NCBI GenBank assembly: GCA_009914755.4
Contig: CP068257.2
Span: 15,296,001-15,360,000, forward strand
DNA: 64,000 bases
Reading direction: 5' to 3'
Source of the DNA: the human T2T-CHM13v2.0 reference genome, Homo sapiens
The first letter of the stretch is position 1, and every line of letters starts with the position of its first letter. Of the stretch, positions 26,521-38,050 are shown piece after piece. The position numbers and the translations under genes were made by a program. The notes below the pieces were generated by a model that saw only the letters and a program-made list of their open reading frames with translations, did not search any database and had not been told where the DNA came from.

Positions 26521-29500
26521 GGCAGAAGCATAGAATTCATCATTATTTCATCTTGCTGTCCAACTTTTTAAAATAGTCCCCTCTCTATATTCCATATATA
26601 GTATATAAATAGAATACTTTTAGCAATATTACTATTGACATAGTACAGGACAGAATATAATTCTGGAAGACTTTTGTTCTTGTGTTTCCTTACGGAACTT
26701 CATAGCTAAAATCCACAGCTTGGCCAAATCTCATAAATTCTTTATCTTCAGTACTGAAAACGCTAGGCAGTTTACAGCAATAATTTTCACAAACTTATTT
26801 AAATGTGTAGTCTCCATAGATTCAGAACTGTAAGAAATTAATTTGTATGGCGTGTATTGTTTTCAGGTTTAATTAAATATGCTTTGTTAGGACATTCTGC
26901 TTATTAATTCATTTTCACAAGCTGTAAAATATTAACAAGTAAGACTTTTCCTTGAAAGATTCCTGTCCTAATTGCTGTTCTAATTGAAATTAAATAATTA
27001 AAAATCAAACATATTGTGAAATGGTTTAATGCTATAAGTGCTGTTCCCTTACTTTAGTTACTTAAAATTCTTAACCACTCTATAAACACACAATTTTACA
27101 GTGATCATTATTGAAGTATTTTACCTTTGAAATAACATCTATACATATCAACTTATTGATGAATTTGCAACATAGAAAACATTTCAGGGAATTTTCCGCA
27201 TCAACTTACATCTAGAATGTTCTATTCATTTATAATGCATATAAAATCAAATAATATAACTTTCTGTGTTTCTGAAATTGGATATATGATAATCTATGGT
27301 ATCAAAAGCTTATTGATATCATTATTTATTGGAAATTTTAAATAAAGTGACACTGTAGTAGGCATTCACCATTCGGTTATCACAATAGCTGAAGCCAAAT
27401 CCAAGGCTGAGGAAATATTTATGGCCAAACACCAAGACCAAAGTTGAACTTTGGCACATACAAAAGAAGCAGCATACAAAACAAAAGTACAGCATGTCAC
27501 CAAACATTCTTTGAAAACTTGCCAGGCATTGGCCAGGCCATCCAGACATTCTAGAGAAGGTGTGAATTTTACACTTTGCTTGAAACAAGTACACATACAC
27601 ACAGAGAGGTATTCTTAATGTTCTTTACTCAAGGTAGCCAGCATCATTACTACTTATTTTCTTGTAAAGCCACAAAAATTTGCAAATAACATCTGCCTTC
27701 TTTTGCTAATTCAGTTTCAAGAGACTACAATGTCTTCAAACTGCCATAGAGACTTTTCAATGTAATATTTTTATGTTTTTATTGACAGCGTTTTTGTTTT
27801 ATTTTTTCGGTTATTAAAATCCACTGGCTCACATAAACTGACCTATCAAAACAGATTCCTGAATAGTGCAACACCAATTTGCACCCATGGACAGATAGGG
27901 AAATCCAAAACTATTAGTTATTAGGTTTTCAGAGAGATGGTAGAAAATGTGAATCTATGTGACTTAAAGGGTCTTGAATTTATTTTGGGGAAGATATTTG
28001 TATCATGTCATTTGTGTACCTTGATACTTTTAAAGTTAGATACCCATTCTTGGCACTAGCACTCATCTTTCCTAAACTTAACTCCACTTTATGCCCATGT
28101 ATCTCGCAAAATGCAGCATTTCTATTGATATCAAAGCAAGTTCTAAACCTTGATGCATTCTGAAGTTGAGGACAGTGACTGGGGGCACTGGGGGCAGAGG
28201 GGAGGGTTCAAAAGAAATCTATTCTCTTAGGTTTCATCATAAACATATTTTATTTCAAGCACTGTTAATACTTAAAGCAAAGAGAGGAAAATTCCCAGAG
28301 TACGCTACATCTTAAACTATCTGAACCACAAAAGTAAACATTCAGGGAATAGATCTATTTAAGTGTTTTGTCAATACCAGCTTTAGTATTGCCACTGGGC
28401 TTTATGGATTTTTAAGAGTTAGATTTCTTCCTTTTCTAAAGAAGCTTTGGAGCTAAATTTAAGTTATTATCAATTTGAGGACTAGACTATTTTTTAAGGT
28501 CTGACTTATCATTTGAAAAGAGTTTAAGAATTTTAACTTACTCTTTTCCCCCAAGAGTACTCATGTAGATTTTTCTACTCCTCCTTTCAAATCCCACGCA
28601 AGATATATCCATTGTGTCTTATTGCCAACCAGAACTCTTCCTGTGTTGCTTTAATCTTATTTCCTTTGGCATAGAGCAGCCCTCAAAAGGATACGAGATG
28701 AATAAAAAAATTCATGAGTTTTTACAAAATAAACCCAGGGGTTTGTTTTAAAAACAAATACTAAATGTTATTTCAGGAAAGTCTTGCCATTTTAGTAGAA
28801 TCTGTAAGGAAAAACATTTTTGACATCATGCTCACATATTGGGTTAATAGCAGCCTATACAAACATAATCTTTCTATTTTCTTTTTAAGAAAAAAAGAGA
28901 TATATGCTGATATACATCATATATAAATACACATATGCACAAATTATGAGTTCTTGTTTAAAATCACTTAACAAAAAGATGAAACACAAACACTGACCAA
29001 ATATAAATGGATTAAATCAGAGTTTAGAAAAATAGTTCCCAGGGATTTCAAAGCCCCCAAAAAAGAAGTCATTTTAACCTTATCAAAAACAAAATTAACT
29101 TCACACTAGTCAACTGATTTTCTCAGCAAATTGGAGTGAAATAAATGACAGAAAAGTACTTTGAAAGTGGGTCAGATCTGGAAGTCTTATAGGCAGTTTT
29201 ATCACATAGCTATATATTTTAGAAACTACAAAAGCATTTATTAGAAAATTAAATCTTAAAATGGAGAATTTAATACTCAGTTACTAGTTCTAATTTTTGC
29301 AATAGCCATAAGCAGGAGTTTGGCAACTTTCTTCAAACAGACACATTATTCTGGAACTTTGCATCCTGTCTCACACTGAGTCTACATCATAATAGTAAAG
29401 TATCTTCTCATCCAAAAATGTTGTCTTATTCTGAATCTCCTCTTCTCTGTTCCCCTAACACTTAGTGTATACCTTTATTATGGTATTTCTCAACCTAAAC

Positions 29501-29593
29501 ATTTGATTTAACTCTCTGTTTTTTTCCACTACACTGCTATTATTTTGAAGGCATAGGTTATGTCTTCTCCATTTTTATATAGCCAGTGCATGA

Positions 29594-29700
29594 CCCACAG
29601 CAGTGTCTTTTTGTGAGCCAAATAAACCTCTTATGTATATCATTTGTGTTGCCACAGAAGAATAACTGCAGATGGGTAATTTATATATTTTTATGTATAT
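29594..29700 (+). repeat. MaLR-LTR-terminus-like segment, the left arm of an inverted repeat flanking the AT-rich array
   Basis: 'cccacagcagtgtctttttgtgagccaaataaacctcttatgtatatcatttgtgttgccacagaagaataactgcagatgggtaatttatatattt' is about 85% identical to the reverse complement of 32401-32501. Confidence 0.7.
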
Positions 29701-32405
29701 TCTTATTTTATATATATTTTAATATATTGTATATATTACATAAAATATATAGTACATATTACATAATATATTGTACATATTACATAATATAATATATTGT
29801 ACATATTACATACTATAATATATTGTACATATTACATAACATAATATATTGTACATATTACATAATATAATATATTGTACATATTACAAAATATATATTT
29901 CACATTACATAATATATATTTCACATATTACATAATATATTTCATACATTACATAATATAATATATTTCATACATTACATAATACATATTTCATACATTA
30001 CATAATATATATTTCACATATTACATAATATATATTTCACATATTACATAATATATTTCATACATTACATAATATAATATATTTCATGCATTACATAATA
30101 CATATTTCATACATTACATAATATAATATATTTCATGCATTACATAATATAATATATTTCATGCATTAAATAATATATATTTCATACATTACATAATATA
30201 CTATATTTCATACATTAAATAATATACTATATTTCATACATTACATAATATATTTCATACATTACATAATATACTATATTTCATATATTACATAATATAC
30301 TATATTTCATATATTCCATAATATACTATATTTCATATATTCTATAATATACTATATTTCATATATTCTATAATATAATATATTTCATATATTCTATAAT
30401 ATAATATATTTCATATATTCTATAATATACTATATTTTATATAATATAATATACTTTATATTTTATATAATATACTTTATATATTATATACTATAATATA
30501 CTTTATATATTATATTATATAATATACTTTATATATTATATTATATAATATATAAAATATATTATATAATATAATATATTTTATATTACATAACATAATA
30601 TATTTTACATATTACATAACATATCTTACATATTACATAACATAATATATCTTACATTTTACATAACATAATATATCTTACATATTACATAACATAATAT
30701 ATCTTACATATTACATAACATAATATATCTTACATATTACATAACATAATATATCTTACATATTACATAATATATCTTACATATTACATAACATAATATA
30801 TCTTACATATTACATAACATAATATATTTTACATATTACATAACATATTTTACATATTATATAACATATTATTTTACATATTATATAACATAATATATTT
30901 TATATATTATATAACATAATATATTTTACATATTATATAACATAATGTATTTTACATATTATATAACATAATGTATTTTACATATTATATAACATAATGT
31001 ATTTTATATATTATATAACATAATGTATTTTACATATTATATAACATAATGTATTTTATATATTATATAACATAATGTATTTTATATATTATATAACATA
31101 ATGTATTTTATATATTATATAACATAATGTATTTTATATATTATATAATATAATGTATTTTATATATTATATAAACACTGAGGGTCAAATTTCAACAGGA
31201 GATTTGGAGGGTCAAATATCCAAACTACAGCACCATTATATTCCCAAAGTCTATGCCCTTCCCCCTACAACAATTATATATTATATAGTATATATTATAT
31301 AGTATATATAATATACTATAGTATATATTATATAGTATATATAATATACTATAGTATATATTATATAGTATATATAATATACTATAGTATATATACTATA
31401 GTATATATAATACACTATAGTATATATAATACACTATAGTATATATACTATAGTATATATAATACACTATAGTATATATACTATAGTATATATAATACAC
31501 TATAGTATATATACTATAGTATATATAATACACTATAGTATATATACTATAGTATATATAATACACTATAGTATATATACTATAGTATATATAATACACT
31601 ATAGTATATATACTATAGTATATATAATACACTATAGTATATATACTATAGTATATATAATACACTATAGTATATATACTATAGTATATATAATACACTA
31701 TATATAATACACTATATTTTATACTATATTATATATAATATATTTTATATATATATTTTATATATATTTTATGTATATAATATATTTTATATATATTTTA
31801 TATATATAATATATTTTATACATAACATATATTATATATAATATATTATATATTACTATATATAATATATTATATATTACTATATATAATATATTATATA
31901 TTACTATATATAATATATTATATATTACTATATATAATATATTATATATTACTATATATAATATATTATATATTACTATATATAATATATTATATATTAC
32001 TATATATAATATATTATATATTACTATATATAATATATTATATATTACTATATATAATATATTATATATTACTATAATATTCATAATTATATAATCATAT
32101 AATTATAATCATGTAATTATATAATTATATAATTATAATTATATAATTATAATCATAATCTTATATAGTATATAATATGTTATATAATATATAATATATT
32201 ATATATATCATATAATTATATGATATATATAATATATTATATATATTATAAATATTATATAATTTTATTATATGTTATATATTATATCATAGTATATATT
32301 ATATAATATATAATATAATATAATATAAATTATATAATATAAATATATGATATATTATATAATATATATTATATATTATTTTACATATCTTTATATATAT
32401 ACGCA
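29690..32405. repeat. Compound AT-rich minisatellite block, about 2.7 kb and below roughly 15% G+C, with multiple sub-arrays
   Basis: Sub-arrays read directly: 26 bp 'attgtacatattacataatataatat' at 29745-29890; 23-26 bp 'atttcatacattacataatataatat' at 29890-30200; 26 bp 'actatatttcatatattctataatat' at 30200-30450; 26 bp 'acatattacataacataatatatctt' x9 at 30590-30830; 26 bp 'acatattatataacataatgtatttt' x12 at 30830-31170; 33 bp 'tatagtatatatactatagtatatataatacac' x9 at 31396-31698; 24 bp 'atatataatatattatatattact' x10 at 31830-32075; irregular AT arrays at 32075-32400. Confidence 0.95.
31176..31273. repeat. Copy 1 of a 98 bp direct repeat (MaLR LTR terminus plus about 40 bp of flank) embedded in the AT-rich block
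   Basis: 'cactgagggtcaaatttcaacaggagatttggagggtcaaatatccaaactacagcaccattatattcccaaagtctatgcccttccccctacaacaa' shows 2 differences in 98 bp against 32780-32877. Confidence 0.9.
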
Positions 32406-32439
32406 AATATATAAATTACACATCTTCAGGTATTCCTCT

Positions 32440-32838
32440 ATGGCAACACAAATGATATGATATATACATGAGGTTTATTTGGCTTTTGGTTCTGTGGGCT
32501 GTAGAAGAAGCATGGTGTACTTCTGGTGAAGGCTTCAGGTTGCTTCCAGGCAGAAGCAGAAAGGGAGCCAGTATGTGCAGAGTTCACATACTAAGAGAGG
32601 GAGCAAGAGAGAGAGATGAGAGAGAGATGAGAGGAAGGTGCCAGACTCTTTTTAATAACCAGCTCTCATAGGAACTAATGGAATGAGAACTCACTCAGTT
32701 CCCCCAGGGAGGGCATTAATCTGTTCATGAGGGATCTGTCCCCATGACTCAAATGCTTCGCAGTTAGGCTCCACTTCAACACTGAGGGTCAAATTTCAAC
32801 AGGAGATTTGGAGGGTCAAATATCCAAACTACAGCACC
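32440..32838 (-). mobile_element. MaLR LTR (MST/MLT-type) on the minus strand, at the right edge of the AT-rich block
   Basis: 'aggtttatttggcttttggttctgtgggctgtagaagaagcatgg...ggtgccagactctttttaataaccagctctcataggaact...cttcaacactgagggtcaaatttcaacaggagatttggagggtcaaatatccaaactacagca' is collinear with the reverse complement of the THE1/MST consensus. Confidence 0.65.
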
Positions 32839-32877
32839 ATTATATTCCCAAATTCTATGCCCTTCCCCCTACAACAA
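32780..32877. repeat. Copy 2 of the 98 bp direct repeat (LTR terminus plus flank)
   Basis: See 31176-31273. Confidence 0.9.
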
Positions 32878-33216
32878 ACAAATATTCTAATGGATTTAAC
32901 ATGATTTTGTTTGTATGTGTCGTTTCAAAATGCATGTTTTGATTGCACATACATTTTTAGTGTGTATAAATTGGGTTTTTAATAAAAATCCTTTTTATTT
33001 TTTATGGACACTACGTTTTGAAAATACATGTATGTTGATATTTATATATTTAATACATTGCTCCATAGTATTATCTAATTTTCTACCAGAACCACCTGGA
33101 AATATGCACTCTGAAAGCATACGGAAACCGAATAAGTGAGAAGGAAAATCAATTCAGTGTCACCTAATCTTTCACTATAAAGAGTAAAGTGAGTTATATT
33201 TAATATACAATATTAA

Positions 33217-33397
33217 CGAAGTACTTACACTACACATGCTTACACTACACATGCTCGAAGCATTCACATGTTTACGTTTAGGGATATTACAGGATTTTGC
33301 TTGATGTAATGTGTACGTCATTACGAAGTGCTTACACTACACATGCTCAGAGCATTCACATGTTTACGTTTAGGGATATTACAGGATTTTGCTTGAT
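33217..33397. repeat. Local tandem duplication (units of about 107 bp and 75 bp) containing several CpGs
   Basis: 'cgaagt[a/g]cttacactacacatgct..gaagcattcacatgtttacgtttagggatattacaggattttgcttgat' occurs at 33217 and again at 33324. Copy 1 also carries an internal 15 bp duplication 'tacactacacatgct'. Confidence 0.85.
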
Positions 33398-33789
33398 ATA
33401 CAGCATATAGCCTGCAGTAGAGAAACTATAAAAAATCCGGGAGAATAAATAATAAGAACTAGAGATGGGCTATAGAGCAGTAACAAGGATTAAAATAAAA
33501 ATTCAGTTCCTTTTTAATCACTGGCAAATAGTAAAACTTTTCTCGGGAAACAAGAAAGTATCATTATTTAAACAAGTTTTCTATAACTTCTTTTATAAAC
33601 TCTTTAATTTCTTTCTTCTTTCAAAACTAAGTTTATGGAGCTTGAACTACAGTACAGTCATTTTAACTTAATTTTGATAAGGATCCAGCAGGTTGGTGGT
33701 TATTATCCCCATTTTATTGATAAAGAAACTGAGGTGGTAAGAATGTGAAAAAGTCAGGGAGCTAACGCAAGGGAGGAATTAATTCAAAC

Positions 33790-34010
33790 CTAGGTTTGGA
33801 GGAACACAGGCTTTAGTCAGAAATACTTTGTTCAAATCCTAAAACGCTGCTACTTACCAATTCTCTGACATTTGGCAAGTTACCTACATCCTCTGTGCCT
33901 TGGTTCCTAATCTGTCGAATGAAGTTACTGATGCCTATTTAAAGAATTGCTGTGAGTGTTACAGGGAGGACATAACTGGCACTTATTTATTTATTTATTC
34001 TTACTAAGCC
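33790..34010 (+). mobile_element. MIR SINE fragment
   Basis: 'gctgctacttaccaattctctgacatttggcaagttacctacatcctctgtgccttggttcctaatctgtcgaatgaagttactgatgcctatttaaagaattgctgtgagtgttacagggagg' matches the MIR core '...cttgggcaagttacttaacctctctgtgcctcagtttcctcatctgtaaaatggg...'. Confidence 0.6.
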
Positions 34011-34512
34011 CACATATTCCATAGCTGAAACAGGAGCTGAACCCATGCTTTAGGGTGTTAATTCACTATTTGTTCCGGGAGACTAGTTACATCTTTAACT
34101 AATCAACATACAATATTCTTATATGCAAAGTATCTGATGTCTAAATTACACTTTGTATCTTGGTCTTATTCTCTCTTCTCAATGCCTATTGGCCATAGTA
34201 GTCCTCCTCTACCACCAGAGTAATCTTCCTTCTGGCCCTGTGACTTGATCATGTTACTAATTTTAGCAGGAAAATACTATATTTGAAACCCTTCACAACC
34301 GGACCTGTGACTGCTTTTGAAATTCATCTGCTTCTATTGCTTGGGCTCCAGCTTGGGGCAGTCTGGTTTTTAATCCCATCTTCACTTTGACTCATGAATT
34401 CACTTACTCCCATATGTATCTGCATCTTTGTTTCACATATACACCTTTCTTTAAGGCCTGTGAAGCCTTTTTCCTTCCCCCTAACATAAACACAGCTTCT
34501 TTGAATCTTTGC

Positions 34513-34923
<411 letters not shown>

Positions 34924-36370
34924 TGAATCATTGAACTCAGAACAAAGTTTTCTTCTTCTTCTCCTATGACATGTACATAGAACTTCAAATTACAGACATT
35001 TGTATTCTTAACTCATTCTCCCTATTTAACTACAGCTTCTTGAAAACAAATTTTCTTACTCATTTCTTGTCACTTAATGCATGCATGAGACCTTATGTAT
35101 GGTTGGTACTTAGTAAATATTAAATGAACATAACTAAATTAAAAGCTTGAAGGTTTTCACTTCTGGGTTGCAAGACCTGTGTTTCTTAAACTACTTTGGC
35201 CTTCCAGGTAACTTTTATAAAATCAAAATAAATTATCAAGAAGATGACAAAGAACGATTGATAAATAAAAGAGTTAAACTTTCAGAAAGCAGTGACAGCA
35301 TTCATTTTACTCACAAGCCAAGACAGCTCAACAACACAATTGAAAGCTACCGAAGTAAGTTGGGATTCTTGGTGAAACAACATTGCATAATATCTCACAG
35401 TGGCTTTAAGTCACCACAGTGCAGGGGGTGAAAGCATTTTCCACTTGGAATCTAAGGCAACTTAAAAGGATTATTGATTTTTCCCTCTACTTATAAATGA
35501 GAGTCACATATTAGGAGTGAAAGCTGCAGACCCAACATAATGACCTTTCTACTTGGCTTCTTTTTCCTAACATAAACAGAATCACTTTCTGTGGTTAAGA
35601 GGATATTAAGCAGTCAATCTTGTAATTGTGTGCGTGTGTGTGACTGCCTGCTCCTTGAGAGCAAAAATTAGTAGCAACATTTTTAATTTTAAAAATTTTG
35701 GTTCTGTTCACTTAGCATTAGAAATCTCAATATCTAATTGTGTGTTTTCTCTTCCTGCTCTGGTGTTGAAAAGTCTTGTGTTTACTTAACGCCTCATCAC
35801 TAATACACAAGTTCAGCTGAAAACGGTCACTTTATTGAAGACATAAGACCTGGCTTGACCTTGTTTAAGATGTAAGATTTAAAATAAACTTATCGTTTCC
35901 TGATGCGTTATCATAAGAAGAAAGATTCTAAAATATAAAATAGTGGGAAAGCCCATATTAAAACTGCCCTCCAAAACAAAGGCTGCGGGGTTGACAAAGT
36001 CATTAAAATCAGATTTTGTTTTGTCTGTCAGATTTCAATTTCGTGATTTAATTAGGGATTTTCTGAAAACAAGTTGAGGCTTGGTGGATTTCCTGCTCTT
36101 TGTTGCTAGTTCCTTTCTCAGGGATTTAAAATGACTGCATTTTCTACAGCTTCTCACTCTTTTGAGTGAACTCTGAATTATTTCTGTGTTTCTTTTAAGA
36201 TTTTCTTTCTTTCTTCACTATTCAATGACATCTAGCTTCTATTTTAATGATAGAAAAGTAATGATCTTGGGCGATCATCTGCAACTGCTTCACTGTAAGC
36301 AAGCAGAAACATTTTTGTGATTTGAAAGGTACCAGGTAGATCCTTTCTCTGTCTGAAACTGTTATCTCTA

Positions 36371-36406
36371 ACACACACACACACACACACACACATACAC
36401 ACACAC
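36371..36406. repeat. (AC)n microsatellite of about 17 units
   Basis: 'acacacacacacacacacacacacatacacacacac'. Confidence 0.9.
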
Positions 36407-36619
36407 TGCCAGTTGTTATGTCTGAAGTTCTCCCATTGAAGGGCTCCCATCAGTTCATTCTAACAAACACAAGTTTCACATACCATGTGAGAGAGTCATC
36501 CCTTTAGATACTGAAATTACAAAAATAATATCTGCAATTTGCCCAGCACTAATTATGCATCAAGCACAGAACTAAGTCTTCTACTTATATTCTCTCATTT
36601 CATCCTCACATCATCACAA

Positions 36620-36770
36620 TGAGGTAAATATTAGAACCCTCAATTTCCATATGAAGAAAGTGAGGACCAGAGAAGTGACTTGGCCAAGGTCACAGAGCCT
36701 GTAAGTGTTAAATGAGCAGGTTTTTCTGATTTCAGAGATTGAGCTCTACCTGACACTGCTTCTGTGAATA
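36620..36770 (-). mobile_element. MIR SINE fragment (minus strand)
   Basis: 'atgaagaaagtgaggaccagagaagtgacttggccaaggtcacagagcctgtaagtgttaaatgagcagg' matches the reverse-complement MIR '...gaggaaactgaggcacagagaggttaagtaacttgcccaaggtcacacagctagtaagtggcag...'. Confidence 0.6.
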
Positions 36771-36989
36771 AGGAAGTCCCTGTCAAGAGGTTGATAGCCA
36801 GAGACAAAATGGAAATAATTCTTAAGAGTTTGAAAAGAGCCTTCAATTTTGGCAAGAATCCCATTTTTACAGATAAGAAAACAGGTTCAGGGGATTTTCA
36901 AAGTTTCTCAGGCTTATAAACCTAATGTGTCAGTTACCAATTTGTAATGTCTCAGCTTCAAATCTACTCTCCATTGCATGGTATTCAGG

Positions 36990-37390
36990 ATAGAAACAGA
37001 CCCTGGGTATTAGTTTTCTATAGTTTCCATAACAAAGTACCACAAGCAGGGCAACTTAACCAACAGGAATTTATTTTCTGTTCTAGAGGCTAGAAGTCTG
37101 AGATCAAGGTGTTGGCAGGCTTGGTTTAATTGAGGCCTGTCTCCTTGGCTTGCAGATGGCTGTCTTCTCCCTGTGTCGTTACATGGTCTTCTCTCTGTAC
37201 ATGTCTGTGTCCTAATTTCTTCCTATAAGGACATTAGTCATATCGGATCAGCTGTCACTCTAACGAACTCAGCTAGCCTCAATTACCTGTTTAAAGATCT
37301 TATTTCCAGACACAGTGCCATCCTGAGTACTGGGGGTTGAAACTTCCACATGCAAATTTTGGGAGACACAATTCAGCCCATAACACTCTG
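36990..37390 (+). mobile_element. Old MaLR LTR (MLT1-like), complete from TG to CA
   Basis: 'ccataacaaagtaccacaagcagggcaacttaaccaacaggaatttattttctgttctagaggctagaagtctgagatcaaggtgttggcagg...cttccacatgcaaattttgggagacacaattcagcccataaca'. It is the same family as 3865-4050 joined to 12125-12325, and as 56560-57055. Confidence 0.5.
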
Positions 37391-38050
37391 TAAATTTTTA
37401 CTTTTGCAGCTGCACAGTATTAAACTTTGTCAGTAGAAGGTGCAGAAGACACACTGGAAGAGAAAGGGTTTCTCATCCTGGTTCTGGTATGCTGCACTAG
37501 ACAAGCCCCTGCAGCATATGCAGCACAGCCTCTGCAGAACCAGGCTCCTGTAGTATGTGTGGCTTCTGCAGCACATGGCTCCAGCAACACCTACCAGACA
37601 GCAGCACATGGCAATTCCCCACGGACAGCTGCTACCAGCTTCCTCTTATAAGGCTTTTAGGTAAAGGATCACCAGCATGGGACCTACCATGAGCAGCTTC
37701 TCCAGGCGCCCTCTTGGGTGGCTACACAACAGAATCCTGCTAGCCAGCCCAGCACCGCCTCATCCATGGCTTCTCTAGGGAACTTCCTTGGGGCAGCTTC
37801 ACAGTGAGTTCCAAGGTACAGCAGCTCTCCAGAGCAGCTTCCCCCAGCAGCTCAGAGAGTGGCTTCTCAGTAAATGCTGCCAACATGGCACCTCCCGGTG
37901 GATGACTTTCCCTGGAACTTTTCTGGAATCCCCTTGGGTGTCCTTGCAGTCTTGTGAACATCTCTGCCATACAGTGAGCTACTGCTGCACTGTCTCCAAT
38001 GAAATCCAGACTGTCTCAGGATGGGAAGGGGCATCCAGATTTGATTTTTT
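37390..38050. repeat. Unclassified repeat-like segment, possibly LTR-derived. It follows the MLT1-like LTR directly.
   Basis: Internally repetitive, with motifs such as 'ctgcagcacatggctccagcaacacctaccagacagcagcacatgg' and 'cagcttc..cagcagctc'. I cannot assign a family. The track ORF at 37788-38138 lies inside it. Confidence 0.25.

Noticed and set aside
31396-32084. ORF-track proteins of 100 and 108 aa with striking internal periodicity ('YYIYYSIYTIV' x9 and 'NILYIVIY' x10)
   Set aside because: These are direct translations of the 33 bp and 24 bp tandem repeats. They have no start context and are not coding.
29690-32405. The regular 24-33 bp direct repeats looked superficially like a CRISPR array.
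   Set aside because: There are no unique spacers. The whole tract is a pure AT minisatellite inside primate DNA and is flanked by Alu, L1 and MaLR elements. This is not a prokaryotic context.
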